64,000 nucleotides of DNA from Escherichia phage AugustSocin: the sequence record MZ501052. The stretch is one strand, 5' to 3'. The translations under genes and the position numbers were made by a program. The notes below the pieces were generated by a model. The model had not been told where the DNA came from. It searched no databases and saw only the letters and a program-made list of their open reading frames with translations. Shown here piece after piece: positions 23,294 to 34,155 of this stretch; within the stretch, counting starts at the first letter, position 1, and each line of letters begins with the position of its first letter.

Positions 23294-23355
23294 ATGAACC
23301 TCGTTCAATTAGTGAGATTTCTATTATATACCATCCAAATCTTAAAGTAAACAAG

Positions 23356-23363
23356 TATAAATA
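23356..23363 (+). promoter_or_regulatory. late promoter TATAAATA for gene 34
   Basis: Exact TATAAATA about 35 nt upstream of gene 34 ATG. Confidence 0.7.
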
Positions 23364-23397
23364 CTTATTATTGAAAACACAATAGGAGCCCGGGAGA

Positions 23398-26300
23398 ATG
23401 GCCGAGATTAAAAGAAAGTTCAGAGCAGAAGATGGTCTGGACGCAGGTGGTGATAAAATAATCAACGTAGCTTTAGCTGATCGTACCGTAGGAACTGACG
23501 GTGTAAACGTTGATTACTTAATTCAAGAAAACACAGTTCAACAATATGATCCAACTCGTGGATATTTAAAAGATTTTGTAATCATTTATGATAACCGCTT
23601 TTGGGCTGCTATAAATGATATTCCAAAACCAGCAGGAGCTTTTAATAGCGTACGATGGAGAGCGTTACGTACTGATGCAAACTGGACAACTGTTTCGTCA
23701 GGACCTTATCAATTAAAATCAGGCGAATCGATTTCAGTTAACACCGCAGCGGGTAATGACATTACATTTACTTTGCCATCTTCTCCAATTGATGGTGATA
23801 CTATCGTTCTCCAAGATATTGGAGGAAAACCTGGAGTTAACCAGGTTTTAATTACAGCTCCGGTACAAAGCATTGTAAACTTTAGAGGTCAACAAGTACG
23901 CTCAGTACTAATGACTCATCCAAAATCACAGATAGTTTTAATTTTTAGTAATCGTCTGTGGCAAATGTATGTTGCTGATTATAGCAGAGAAGCGGCAGTT
24001 GTAACGCCAGCGAGTCTTTATCAAGCGCAATCAAACGATTTTATCGTGCGTAGATTTACTTCTGCTTCAGCAATTAATATTAAACTTCCAAGATTTGCTA
24101 ATCATGGCGATATTATTAATTTCGTTGATTTAGATAAACTGAATCCACTTTATCATACAATTGTTACTACATACGATGAAACGACTTCAGTACAAGAAGT
24201 TGGAACTCATTCCATTGAAGGCCGTACATCTATTGATGGTTTCTTAATGTTTGATGATAATGAGAAATTGTGGAGATTATTTGACGGGGATAGTAAAGCA
24301 CGTTTACGCATTATAACAACTAATTCAAACATCCGTCCAAATGAAGAAGTCATGGTATTTGGCGCGAATAATGGAACAACTCAAACGATTGAACTTCAGC
24401 TTCCAACTGATATTTCTATCGGTGATAATGTTAAGATTTCCATGAATTACATGAGAAAAGGACAAACAGTTAAAATCAAAGCTGCCGGTGAAGATAAAAT
24501 TGCTTCTTCAGTTCAATTGTTGCAATTTCCAAAACGTTCAGAATACCCACCTGAAACTAAATGGGTGACTGTTCAAGAATTAGTTTTTAATGGCGAAACC
24601 AATTATGTTCCAGTTTTACAGCTTGCTTATATCGAAGATTCCGATGGAAAATATTGGGTTGTACAGCAAAACGTTCCAACTGTAGAAAGAGTAGACTCTT
24701 TAAATAATTCTACTAGAGCAAGATTAGGTGTAATTGCATTAGCTACACAGGCTCAAGCTAATGCAGATTTAGAAAATTCTCCACAAAAAGAATTGGCAAT
24801 TACTCCAGAAACGTTAGCTAATCGTACTGCTACAGAAACTCGTAGAGGTATTGCAAGAATAGCAACAACTGCTCAAGTTAACCAGGATACTACATTCTCT
24901 TTTGCAGATGACCTTATCATCACTCCTAAAAAGCTGAATGAAAGAACTGCTACTGAAACTCGCAGAGGTGTTGCTGAAATTGCTACGCAGCAAGAAACTA
25001 ATGCAGGAACCGATGACACTACAATCATCACTCCTAAAAAGCTTCAAGCTCGTCAAGGTTCTGAATCATTATCTGGTATTGTAACTTTTGTATCTACTGC
25101 AGGTGCTACTCCAGCTTCTAGCCGCGAATTAAATGGTACGAATGTTTATAATAAAAACACTAATAACTTAGTTGTTTCACCTAAAGCCTTGGATCAGTAT
25201 AAAGCTACTCCAACACAGCAAGGTGCAGTAATTTTAGCAGTTGAAAGTGAAGTAATTGCTGGTCAAAGTCAAGAAGGATGGGCAAATGCGGTTGTAACGC
25301 CAGAAACGTTACATAAAAAGACATCAACTGATGGAAGAATTGGTTTAATTGAAATTGCTACGCAAAGTGAAGTTAATACAGGAACTGATTATACTCGTGC
25401 AGTCACTCCTAAAACTTTAAATGACCGTAGAGCAACTGAAAGTTTAAGTGGTATAGCTGAAATTGCTACACAAGTTGAATTCGACGCAGGCGTCGACGAT
25501 ACTCGTATCTCTACACCATTAAAAATTAAAACCAGATTTAATAGTACTGATCGTACTTCTGTTGTTGCTCTATCTGGATTAGTTGAATCAGGAACTCTCT
25601 GGGACCATTATACCCTTAATATTCTTGAAGCAAATGAGACACAACGTGGTACACTTCGTGTAGCTACACAGGTCGAAGCTGCTGCAGGAACATTAGATAA
25701 TGTTTTAATAACTCCTAAAAAGCTTTTAGGTACTAAATCTACTGAAGCGCAAGAAGGTGTTATTAAAGTTGCAACTCAGTCTGAAACTGTGGCTGGAACG
25801 TCAGCGAACACTGCTGTATCTCCAAAAAATTTAAAATGGATTGTACAGAGTGAACCTACCTGGGCAGCTACTACTGCGATAAGAGGTTTTGTTAAAACTT
25901 CATCTGGTTCAATTACATTTGTCGGTAATGATACAGTCGGTTCTACCCAAGATTTAGAACTGTATGAGAAAAATAGCTATGCAGTATCACCATATGAATT
26001 AAACCGTGTATTAGCAAATTATTTACCGTTAAAAGCAAAAGCTGCTGATAGTAATTTATTGGATGGTCTAGATTCATCTCAGTTCATTCGTAGGGATATT
26101 GCACAGACGGTTAATGGTTCACTAACCTTAACCCAACAAACGAATCTGAGTGCCCCTCTTGTATCATCTAGTACTGCTACGTTTGGTGGTTCAGTTACAG
26201 CAAATAGTGTACTAACGATTTCTAATACTGGAACAGCAACTCGATTGATTTTTGAGAAAGGACCTCAAACTGGAACAAACCCAGCCCAAACGATGACTGT

Positions 26301-27267
26301 TAGAGTGTGGGGAAATCAATTTAGTGGGGAATTAGATACAACACGTTCTACCGTATTTGAAGTTAGTGATGAAACATCTAGTCATTTTTATTCTCAGCGC
26401 AATAAAGCCGGAAATATAACATTTAATATCAACGGTACAGTAACACCGATAAATGTTAATGCTTCAGGAACATTGAATGCAAATGGCGTAGCAACATTTG
26501 GTAATTCAGTCACTGCAACTGGTGAAATTATTTCTCGAAGCGCAAATGCTTTCCGTGCTATTAACGGAAATTATGGTTTCATTGTTCGCAATGATGGATC
26601 AGTAACGAATTTTATGCTTACTGCATCGGGTGATCAGACTGGTGGATTTAATGGATTACGTCCTTTGGCTATTAATAATGCATCTGGTCAAGTAACGATT
26701 GGTGAAAGCTTAATCATCGCCAAAGGTGCTACTATAAATTCTGGTGGTTTAACTGTTAATTCGAGAATTCGTTCTCAAGGTACTAAAACTTCTGATTTAT
26801 ATACCCGTGCGCCAACATCTGATACTGTAGGATTCTGGTCAATTGATATTAATGATTCAGCTACTTATAACCAGTTCCCAGGTTATTTTAAAATGGTTGA
26901 AAAAACTAATGAAGTGACTGGTCTTCCATATTTAGAACGTGGCGAAGAAGTTAAATCTCCTGGTACACTGACTCAGTTTGGTAACACACTTGATTCGCTT
27001 TACCAAGATTGGATTACTTATCCAACAACTCCAGAAGCGCGTACCACTCGTTGGACCCGCACATGGCAGAAAACCAAAAATTCTTGGTCAAGTTTTGTTC
27101 AGGTATTTGATGGAGGTAACCCTCCTCAACCGTCTGATATCGGTGCTTTACCATCTGATAATGCTACAATGGGGAATCTTACTATTCGTGATTTCTTACG
27201 AATTGGTAATGTTCGCATTATTCCTGACCCAGTGAATAAAACTGTTAAATTTGAATGGGTTGAATAA
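23398..27267 (+). CDS. 34: long tail fibre proximal subunit gp34
   Basis: 1289-aa ORF (T4 gp34 length) with internal TP(K/E)KL...ATE...G..IAT repeats; first gene of 34-38 block. Confidence 0.97.
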   Translation: MAEIKRKFRAEDGLDAGGDKIINVALADRTVGTDGVNVDYLIQENTVQQYDPTRGYLKDFVIIYDNRFWAAINDIPKPAGAFNSVRWRALRTDANWTTVSSGPYQLKSGESISVNTAAGNDITFTLPSSPIDGDTIVLQDIGGKPGVNQVLITAPVQSIVNFRGQQVRSVLMTHPKSQIVLIFSNRLWQMYVADYSREAAVVTPASLYQAQSNDFIVRRFTSASAINIKLPRFANHGDIINFVDLDKLNPLYHTIVTTYDETTSVQEVGTHSIEGRTSIDGFLMFDDNEKLWRLFDGDSKARLRIITTNSNIRPNEEVMVFGANNGTTQTIELQLPTDISIGDNVKISMNYMRKGQTVKIKAAGEDKIASSVQLLQFPKRSEYPPETKWVTVQELVFNGETNYVPVLQLAYIEDSDGKYWVVQQNVPTVERVDSLNNSTRARLGVIALATQAQANADLENSPQKELAITPETLANRTATETRRGIARIATTAQVNQDTTFSFADDLIITPKKLNERTATETRRGVAEIATQQETNAGTDDTTIITPKKLQARQGSESLSGIVTFVSTAGATPASSRELNGTNVYNKNTNNLVVSPKALDQYKATPTQQGAVILAVESEVIAGQSQEGWANAVVTPETLHKKTSTDGRIGLIEIATQSEVNTGTDYTRAVTPKTLNDRRATESLSGIAEIATQVEFDAGVDDTRISTPLKIKTRFNSTDRTSVVALSGLVESGTLWDHYTLNILEANETQRGTLRVATQVEAAAGTLDNVLITPKKLLGTKSTEAQEGVIKVATQSETVAGTSANTAVSPKNLKWIVQSEPTWAATTAIRGFVKTSSGSITFVGNDTVGSTQDLELYEKNSYAVSPYELNRVLANYLPLKAKAADSNLLDGLDSSQFIRRDIAQTVNGSLTLTQQTNLSAPLVSSSTATFGGSVTANSVLTISNTGTATRLIFEKGPQTGTNPAQTMTVRVWGNQFSGELDTTRSTVFEVSDETSSHFYSQRNKAGNITFNINGTVTPINVNASGTLNANGVATFGNSVTATGEIISRSANAFRAINGNYGFIVRNDGSVTNFMLTASGDQTGGFNGLRPLAINNASGQVTIGESLIIAKGATINSGGLTVNSRIRSQGTKTSDLYTRAPTSDTVGFWSIDINDSATYNQFPGYFKMVEKTNEVTGLPYLERGEEVKSPGTLTQFGNTLDSLYQDWITYPTTPEARTTRWTRTWQKTKNSWSSFVQVFDGGNPPQPSDIGALPSDNATMGNLTIRDFLRIGNVRIIPDPVNKTVKFEWVE

Positions 27268-27275
27268 GAGGTATT

Positions 27276-28391
27276 ATGGAAAAATTTATGGCAGAGTTTG
27301 GACAAGGATATGTCCAAACGCCATTTTTATCGGAAAGCAATTCAGTAAGATATAAAATAAGTATAGCGGGTTCTTGCCCGCTTTCTACCGCAGGACCATA
27401 CGTTAAATTTCAGGATAATCCTGTAGGAAGTCAAACATTTAGTGCAGGTCTTCATTTAAGAGTTTTTGACCCTTCCACGGGAGCATTGGTTGATAGTAAG
27501 TCATATGTTTTTTCTACTTCAAATGATACAACATCTGCTGCTTTTGTTAGTTTCATGAATTCTTTTTCAAGCAATAGACTTGTTGCCATATTAACTAGCG
27601 GAAAGGTTAATTTTCCTCCTGAAGTAGTATCTTGGTTAAGAACGGCAGGAACATCTGCTTTTCCATCTGATTCTTTATTGTCAAGATTTGATGTATCATA
27701 TGCTGCCTTTTACACTTCTTCTAAAAGAGCTATCGCACTAGAGCATGTTAAACTGAGTAACAGAAAAAGCACAGATGACTATCAAACTATATTAGATGTA
27801 GTATTTGACAGTTTAGAAGATGTTGGAGCGACAGGATTTCCTAAAAGAACATATGAAAGCGTTGAGCAATTTATGTCAGCTGTTGATGGAACTAATAACG
27901 AAATTGCACGTCTACCTACAGCATCTGCAATAAGTAAACTTTCTGACTATAATTTAATTCCTGGAGATGTTCTTTATCTTAAAGCACAATTATATGCTGA
28001 TGCTGATTTACTTGCTCTTGGAACTACAAATATATCTATCCGTTTTTATAATGCATCAAATGGATATATTTCCTCGACACAAGCTGAGTTTACCGGACAA
28101 GCTGGGTCTTGGGAATTAAAAGAAGATTATGTAGTTGTTCCTGAAAATGCAGTAGGATTTACGATATACGCACAGAGAACTGCGCAAGCGGGACAAGGCG
28201 GTATGAGAAATTTAAGCTTTTCTGAAGTATCAAGAAATGGCGGCATTTCAAAACCCGCTGAATTTGGCGTCAATGGTATTCGAGTTAATTATGTCTGTGA
28301 ATCTGCTTCACCTCCAGATATAATGGTACTTCCTACGCAAGCATCGTCTAAAACTGGTAAAGTGTTTGGGCAAGAATTTAGAGAAGTATAA
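27276..28391 (+). CDS. 35: long tail fibre hinge connector gp35
   Basis: 371-aa ORF MEKFMAEFGQGYVQTPFLSESNSVRYKISIAG... immediately after gene 34. Confidence 0.93.
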   Translation: MEKFMAEFGQGYVQTPFLSESNSVRYKISIAGSCPLSTAGPYVKFQDNPVGSQTFSAGLHLRVFDPSTGALVDSKSYVFSTSNDTTSAAFVSFMNSFSSNRLVAILTSGKVNFPPEVVSWLRTAGTSAFPSDSLLSRFDVSYAAFYTSSKRAIALEHVKLSNRKSTDDYQTILDVVFDSLEDVGATGFPKRTYESVEQFMSAVDGTNNEIARLPTASAISKLSDYNLIPGDVLYLKAQLYADADLLALGTTNISIRFYNASNGYISSTQAEFTGQAGSWELKEDYVVVPENAVGFTIYAQRTAQAGQGGMRNLSFSEVSRNGGISKPAEFGVNGIRVNYVCESASPPDIMVLPTQASSKTGKVFGQEFREV

Positions 28392-28397
28392 ATTGAG

Positions 28398-28421
28398 GGA
28401 GCCTTCGGGTTCCCTTTTTCT
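28398..28421 (+). terminator. intrinsic terminator-like hairpin after gene 35
   Basis: GGGAGCC-UUCG-GGUUCCC stem-loop followed by UUUUUC. Confidence 0.55.
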
Positions 28422-28423
28422 TT

Positions 28424-28431
28424 ATAAATAC
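28424..28431 (+). promoter_or_regulatory. late promoter TATAAATA for genes 36-38
   Basis: Exact TATAAATA ~23 nt upstream of gene 36 ATG. Confidence 0.7.
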
Positions 28432-28453
28432 TATTAAAATAAAGGGGCATACA

Positions 28454-29110
28454 ATGGCTGATTTAAAAGTAGGTTCAACAACCGGAGGCTCTGTCATTTG
28501 GCATCAAGGAAATTTTCCATTGAATCCAGCCGGTGACGATGTACTCTATAAATCATTTAAAATATATTCAGAATATAATAAACCGCAAGCAACTGATAAC
28601 GATTTCGTTTCTAAAGCTAATGGTGGTACTTATTTAAATAAAGTAATTTTTAATAAAGGAATGACTGTTCCTGGTGCTGGGTCAGGTGACAACGGTATTT
28701 TTGCCGGTCCTGGTGATAATGCCACATATGATACTACAAATATGGATATTGTTTCATGGTATGGTATCGGCTTTAAATCATCACAAGGAGCAGCAGGTAG
28801 AACTGTAGTAATTAACACACGAAACGGAGATATTAGCTCAAAGGGTGTAATTGAAGCATCACAAATACGCGCAACTTCGTTATCACCAGTAAATAATTAT
28901 GACCTTACGAGAAAAGATTATGTTGATGGAGCTATAAATATTGTTACAACAAATGCAAACTCTAGAGTATTACGCTCTGGAGACACTATGACAGGAAATT
29001 TAACTGCGCCAAACCTTTTTTCACAGAATCCTGCATCTCAACCCTCGCATGTTCCGCGATTTGACCAAATCGTAATTAAGGATTCTGTTCAAGATTTCGG
29101 CTATTATTAA
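28454..29110 (+). CDS. 36: long tail fibre distal connector gp36
   Basis: 218-aa ORF between 35 and 37. Confidence 0.9.
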   Translation: MADLKVGSTTGGSVIWHQGNFPLNPAGDDVLYKSFKIYSEYNKPQATDNDFVSKANGGTYLNKVIFNKGMTVPGAGSGDNGIFAGPGDNATYDTTNMDIVSWYGIGFKSSQGAAGRTVVINTRNGDISSKGVIEASQIRATSLSPVNNYDLTRKDYVDGAINIVTTNANSRVLRSGDTMTGNLTAPNLFSQNPASQPSHVPRFDQIVIKDSVQDFGYY

Positions 29111-29118
29111 GAGGACTT

Positions 29119-32100
29119 ATGGCTACTTTAAAACAAATACAATTTAAAAGAAGCAAAACGGCAGGTCAACGTCCAGCTGCTTCAGTATTAGCCGAAGGTG
29201 AATTGGCTATAAACTTAAAAGACCGTGTACTTTTTACTAAAGATGACCAGGGAAATATTATTGATTTAGGTTTTGCTAAAGGCGGTAGTATTGACGGGAA
29301 TGTTATTCATAAAGGCAATTATAACCAAACTGGAGATTATACTTTAAACGGTACATTCACCCAGACTGGTAATTTTAATTTAACCGGTATTGCTCGAGTA
29401 ACTCGTGATATTATTGCTGCTGGGCAGATTATGACTGAAGGCGGAGAACTTATTACAAAAAGTTCAGGTACATCACATGTTCGTTTTCATGATTCAGCTG
29501 ACCGTGAACGTGGAATCATTTTTTCTCCTGCTAATGATGGATTAACTACACAAGTAATTAACATCAGAGTTCAAGATTACAAAGCCGGTTCAGAAAGCAC
29601 TTTCGCTTTTAATGGAAATGGTTTGTTTTCTTCCCCGGAAGTTTTTGGGTGGAAATCTGTATCAACTCCGGTAATTTATACCAATAAAGTTATCACCAAT
29701 AAAAAAGTTAAAGATGATTATGACATCTATTCGATGGCAGACAATGTTCCATTGTCTGAAAGCACTACTGCTATTAATCATCTACGTGTCATGCGCAATG
29801 CAGTCGGTTCTGGTATTTTCCATGAAGTTAAAGATAATGATGGAATAACTTGGTATAGTGGAGATGGATTAGATGCTTATCTGTGGTCATTTACCTGGAG
29901 CGGCGGAATTAAATCAAGTCACTCAATTTCCATCGGTTTAACACCCGGACCTAAGGATTACTCAATATTAGGACCGTCTAGTATCGCTTTAGGAGATAAT
30001 GATACTGGATTTAAATGGCATCAAGACGGATATTATTTCAGTGTTAACAATGGCACAAAAACGTTTTTATTTAGTCCAAGCGAAACAACTAGCCTAAGAA
30101 AATTTGTAGCTGGATATTCTACTAACGGAACCGATTTAACTACTCCTCCAACTGAAAATTATGCTCTTGCTACTGTAGTGACATACCATGATAATAACGC
30201 GTTTGGGGATGGTCAGACTCTTTTAGGATATTATCAAGGCGGTAACTATCATCATTATTTCCGCGGCAAGGGCACTACAAACATTAATACTCACGGCGGG
30301 TTGTTAGTTACTCCAGGCAATATTGACGTTATTGGTGGTTCTGTTAATATCGATGGTAGAAATAATGCTTCTACAGCGATGTTTAAAGGTAACACAACAG
30401 GTAGTAGTTCTGTGGATAACATGACAATTTCTGTGTGGGGTAATACATTTATTAATCCAAGCGAAGGCACCCGCAAAAATGTCATGGAAATTTCCGATGC
30501 AACTAGCTGGATGAGCTATATTCAAAGACTTACTACTGGTGAAGTAGAAATGAACGTTAACGGTTCATTTGAATCATCTGGTGTTACTGCTGGAAATAGA
30601 GGAGTTCACACAACAGGCGAAATTTCATCTGGAGCAATGAATGCGCTTCGCATTTGGAATGCAGATTATGGAGCCATTTTTAGACGTTCAGAAGGAAGTC
30701 TTCATATTATTCCAACTGCTTACGGTGAAGGCAAAAATGGTGATATCGGTCCACTTCGTCCATTTAGTATTGCTTTGGATACTGGTAAGGTTGTTATTCC
30801 AGATTTAGAATCAAGTTATAACACGTTTGCTGCAAATGGTTACATTAAATTTGCTGGTCATGGGGCTGGTGCCGGCGGTTATGATATTCAGTATTCACAA
30901 GCTGCTCCTATTTTCCAAGAAATCGATGATGCTGCTGTAAGCAAATATTATCCTATTGTTAAACAGAAGTTTTTAAACGGTAAAGCCGTTTGGTCTTTAG
31001 GTACTGAAATTAATTCAGGTACTTTTGTTTTACACCATTTAAAAGAAGATGGGACACAAGGACATACATCAAGATTTAATGCTGATGGTACAGTTAATTT
31101 CCCCGATAACGTTCAGGTCGGCGGCGGTGAAGCTACTATTGCTCGTAATGGTAATATTTTCTCAGATATTTGGAAATCGTTTACTTCTGCGGGAGAAACC
31201 ACAAATATTCGCGATGCAATAGCTACTCGTGTTTCTAAAGAAGGCGACACGATGACTGGTAAATTGACTTTATCAGCAGGCAATGATGCTCTCGTTTTAA
31301 CTGCAGGCACGGGCGCTTCATCGCACATCCGTAGTGATGTAGGTGGTACAAGTAATTGGTATATTGGTAAAGGCGGTGCCGACAATGGTCTAGGTTTTTA
31401 CAGTTATGTTACACAAGGCGGTGTATATATAACAAATAACGGAGAAATATCACTTTCTCCTCAAGGACAAGGAACATTTAATTTTAATAGAGACCGCCTC
31501 TATATAAACGGTACACAATGGACCGCACATCAAGCTGGTGACTGGGCTAACCAATGGCGTCAAGAAGCACCGGTATTTGTAGATTTTGGTAATGTCGGTA
31601 ATGATAGTTATTATCCTATTATTAAAGGAAAATCCGGTATTACTGATGAAGGATACATATCTGGTGTAGATTTTGGTATGCGACGCATTACTAATACATG
31701 GGCACAAGGTATTATCCGTGTAGGTAATCAGGAAAACGGTTCCGACCCACAAGCTATCTATGAATTTCACTCTAATGGTACTTTTTATGCTCCGAGCTTA
31801 CTTAAGAGCGGTAGAGTATCAGCTGGTGGTGGTGACCCTGCATGGGGCGGGCCGTGTATTGTACTTGGAGATAACGATACCGGTTTGCTTTGGGAAAACG
31901 ATGGTATTTTCAACGCATATGCAAACGGCCAAGGTGTGTTTAGTTTTAGACCTGGTTTAGCTCAGACATTCGGTGGTGTTAACTTCCACTGTAATGCAGG
32001 TATGTATGTTCGTGATAACATTGATGTTAACGACGTTTATATTCGTTCTGATATTCGTTGTAAGTCGGAAATTAAGCTTATTAAGAACGCTCAAGAGAAA

Positions 32101-32367
32101 TCTAAACTATTGGGCGGTTATACTTATCTGCTTAAAAACTCTGTTACAGACGAAGTTAAACCGTCCGCAGGTTTAATTGCTCAGGAAGTTCAAGAAGTAT
32201 TACCTGAACTTGTTTCTGAAGATAAAGAGACCGGACTGCTTCGTTTGAACTATAACGGTATTATTGGTTTAAATACAGCTGCAATAAACGAGCATACAGA
32301 TGAAATAAAGGAATTGAAATCTGAAATTGCCGAATTGAAAGCATTAATTAAATCATTGATAAAATAA
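29119..32367 (+). CDS. 37: long tail fibre distal subunit gp37 with C-terminal intramolecular-chaperone-like domain
   Basis: 1082-aa ORF; C-terminal ~110 aa (DVYIRSDIRCKSEIKLIK...LLRLNYNGIIGLNTAAINEHTDEIKELKSEIAELKALIK) resembles tail-fibre/tailspike self-cleaving chaperone domains. Confidence 0.93.
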   Translation: MATLKQIQFKRSKTAGQRPAASVLAEGELAINLKDRVLFTKDDQGNIIDLGFAKGGSIDGNVIHKGNYNQTGDYTLNGTFTQTGNFNLTGIARVTRDIIAAGQIMTEGGELITKSSGTSHVRFHDSADRERGIIFSPANDGLTTQVINIRVQDYKAGSESTFAFNGNGLFSSPEVFGWKSVSTPVIYTNKVITNKKVKDDYDIYSMADNVPLSESTTAINHLRVMRNAVGSGIFHEVKDNDGITWYSGDGLDAYLWSFTWSGGIKSSHSISIGLTPGPKDYSILGPSSIALGDNDTGFKWHQDGYYFSVNNGTKTFLFSPSETTSLRKFVAGYSTNGTDLTTPPTENYALATVVTYHDNNAFGDGQTLLGYYQGGNYHHYFRGKGTTNINTHGGLLVTPGNIDVIGGSVNIDGRNNASTAMFKGNTTGSSSVDNMTISVWGNTFINPSEGTRKNVMEISDATSWMSYIQRLTTGEVEMNVNGSFESSGVTAGNRGVHTTGEISSGAMNALRIWNADYGAIFRRSEGSLHIIPTAYGEGKNGDIGPLRPFSIALDTGKVVIPDLESSYNTFAANGYIKFAGHGAGAGGYDIQYSQAAPIFQEIDDAAVSKYYPIVKQKFLNGKAVWSLGTEINSGTFVLHHLKEDGTQGHTSRFNADGTVNFPDNVQVGGGEATIARNGNIFSDIWKSFTSAGETTNIRDAIATRVSKEGDTMTGKLTLSAGNDALVLTAGTGASSHIRSDVGGTSNWYIGKGGADNGLGFYSYVTQGGVYITNNGEISLSPQGQGTFNFNRDRLYINGTQWTAHQAGDWANQWRQEAPVFVDFGNVGNDSYYPIIKGKSGITDEGYISGVDFGMRRITNTWAQGIIRVGNQENGSDPQAIYEFHSNGTFYAPSLLKSGRVSAGGGDPAWGGPCIVLGDNDTGLLWENDGIFNAYANGQGVFSFRPGLAQTFGGVNFHCNAGMYVRDNIDVNDVYIRSDIRCKSEIKLIKNAQEKSKLLGGYTYLLKNSVTDEVKPSAGLIAQEVQEVLPELVSEDKETGLLRLNYNGIIGLNTAAINEHTDEIKELKSEIAELKALIKSLIK

Positions 32368-32372
32368 TAAAA

Positions 32373-32386
32373 GGGCCTTCGGGCCC
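32373..32386 (+). other. stable hairpin GGGCC-UUCG-GGCCC in the 37-38 intercistronic region
   Basis: Perfect 5-bp GC stem with UUCG tetraloop 12 nt before gene 38 ATG; no U-tract. Confidence 0.5.
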
Positions 32387-32397
32387 TGGAGGTTTAT

Positions 32398-33177
32398 ATG
32401 GCAGTAGTAGGAATCCCTGGTTGGATTGGGACTTCAGCCGTTGCTGAAACGGGACAAAGATGGATGACGGCTGCTTCAAGGGAACTTCGTTTAGGAAACC
32501 CTTCATGGATGTCCCAATTCGCGGGCCGTTCAAGAGAAATAATTCACACACTTGGAGAAGACCATAACTTCAATGGTCAATGGTTCCGTGACCGTTGTTT
32601 TGAGGCAGGTAGTGCACCTATAGTGTTTAATATCACCGGAAATTTGGTATCATATAGTAAAGATGTTCCATTATTCTTTATGTATGGCGATACGCCAAAT
32701 GAATATGTTACTTTGAATATTCATGGTGGGGTTCATATGTGGGGACGAGGTGGTAACGGTACTGTAAACGGAAACCCAGGCACAAATGGTGGCGATGTAA
32801 TCCAAAATGATATCGGCGGAAGACTTCGTATTTGGAACTATGGCGTTATTGCATCAGGCGGCGGCGGTGGTGGTGCAGTGTCATTACAGAATAGCTGGGC
32901 GCCAAATGCTACAGCAGGTGGCGGTGGCGGCAGACCATTTGGCCTCGGCGGAGGCGGCGTTAATTGGCCGGGTGGTAATGCTAGTTATGACGCCCCGGGC
33001 GGAGCCGGTTACACTTCCCAATTCGGCGGAGGCAATGGCGGTGATGCCGGAGGATGGGGCGGAGATGGATGGGGTAATCACTTATCTAGATCTGGCGGTG
33101 GTGCTCCTGGCAGAGCAGTATTCGGAAGTTCACCGTCATGGGGTGCTACAGGCACAATCTACGGCTCCTGGATTTAA
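32398..33177 (+). CDS. 38: tail fibre adhesin gp38 (T2-type, glycine-rich motifs)
   Basis: 259-aa ORF with poly-Gly blocks ([48 protein letters not shown]) separated by short variable segments. Confidence 0.9.
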   Translation: MAVVGIPGWIGTSAVAETGQRWMTAASRELRLGNPSWMSQFAGRSREIIHTLGEDHNFNGQWFRDRCFEAGSAPIVFNITGNLVSYSKDVPLFFMYGDTPNEYVTLNIHGGVHMWGRGGNGTVNGNPGTNGGDVIQNDIGGRLRIWNYGVIASGGGGGGAVSLQNSWAPNATAGGGGGRPFGLGGGGVNWPGGNASYDAPGGAGYTSQFGGGNGGDAGGWGGDGWGNHLSRSGGGAPGRAVFGSSPSWGATGTIYGSWI

Positions 33178-33195
33178 ACGATAATACCTCTCAAT

Positions 33196-33203
33196 TATAA
33201 ATA
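33196..33203 (+). promoter_or_regulatory. late promoter TATAAATA for holin t
   Basis: Exact TATAAATA ~20 nt upstream of t ATG. Confidence 0.7.
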
Positions 33204-33222
33204 TTGATAAATGGGAGGTAAT

Positions 33223-33882
33223 ATGGCAGCACCAAAAGTATCATTTTCGCCTAGTGATATTTTATTTGGGTTGCTAGACCGCATTTTCAAAGATAACGCC
33301 TCTGGAAATATTCTTATTTCCAGAGTTGCTGTTGTAGTTCTTTTGTTCCTAATGGCACTAATATGGTACAAAGGGAATATTTTTATGGATTATTACGTGA
33401 GGTCGAAATATGATACTTACACAGAAGTAATTCAAAAAGAAAGAAATACACGATTTGAATCTGCGGCTTTAGAACAACTACAAATAGTCCACGTCACATC
33501 AAGGGCGGATTTTAGTTCGGTGTATTCTTTCAGACCTAAAAATCTAAATTATTTCGTCGACCTTATTGCGTATGAAGGTAAGTTACCTAGCACAGTAACT
33601 GAAAAATCTATGGGAGGATTTCCTGTCGATAAAACGACAGCAGAATATTCGGTCCATTTAAGTGGACTTCACTTTACTTCTAAAACAGATTTTGCTTTCT
33701 TACCTACCAAATCAAAAACTCCGGAACTGGCATATATGTATAGTTGTCCTTACTTCAATTTGGATAACATATATGCTGGAACTGTTTCTATGTATTGGTA
33801 TAAGGGGTCAGATGTGTTAAATGAAGAACGCTTGGCCGCAATATGCAACCAAGCTGCAAGGATATTAGGGCGGGCTAAATAA
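33223..33882 (+). CDS. t: holin / lysis inhibition sensor T
   Basis: 219 aa from MAAPKVSFSPSDILFGLLDRIFKDN... with one N-terminal TM segment; GGGAGG RBS before this ATG (track ORF starts 4 codons upstream). Confidence 0.93.
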   Translation: MAAPKVSFSPSDILFGLLDRIFKDNASGNILISRVAVVVLLFLMALIWYKGNIFMDYYVRSKYDTYTEVIQKERNTRFESAALEQLQIVHVTSRADFSSVYSFRPKNLNYFVDLIAYEGKLPSTVTEKSMGGFPVDKTTAEYSVHLSGLHFTSKTDFAFLPTKSKTPELAYMYSCPYFNLDNIYAGTVSMYWYKGSDVLNEERLAAICNQAARILGRAK

Positions 33883-34155
33883 TTAGTTGTTAGAATACAT
33901 CGTCAAATGGCGATAAATATTTTCAAAACCTTCATTGAATTCACTAATCAGTGTTTTCTTTTCTTCGGCAGTTAAATTTGTAATTAGTTTTCTGAACGAA
34001 TTCTGATTTAGCTGCCGACCATCTTTTTTAATTCCAATCTCATTCAAGAATCCGATGAAATTTGCTCGGTCTTCAACAATATCTTCCCTCGAGAATTTAA
34101 TCAAAATAGAAGCAATAGTAATAATTTCACGTACGATTTCAATGTCTTTATTCAT
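33883..34155 (-). CDS. asiA: anti-sigma70 factor AsiA
   Basis: 90-aa ORF MNKDIEIVREIITIASILIKFSREDIVEDRANFIGFLNEIG..., T4 AsiA length and sequence pattern. Confidence 0.93.
   Translation of the reverse strand: MNKDIEIVREIITIASILIKFSREDIVEDRANFIGFLNEIGIKKDGRQLNQNSFRKLITNLTAEEKKTLISEFNEGFENIYRHLTMYSNN

Noticed and set aside
32807-33184. Plus-strand 125-aa ORF and minus 65-aa ORF overlapping gene 38
   Set aside because: Alternative frames across the GC-rich glycine-repeat region of gene 38.
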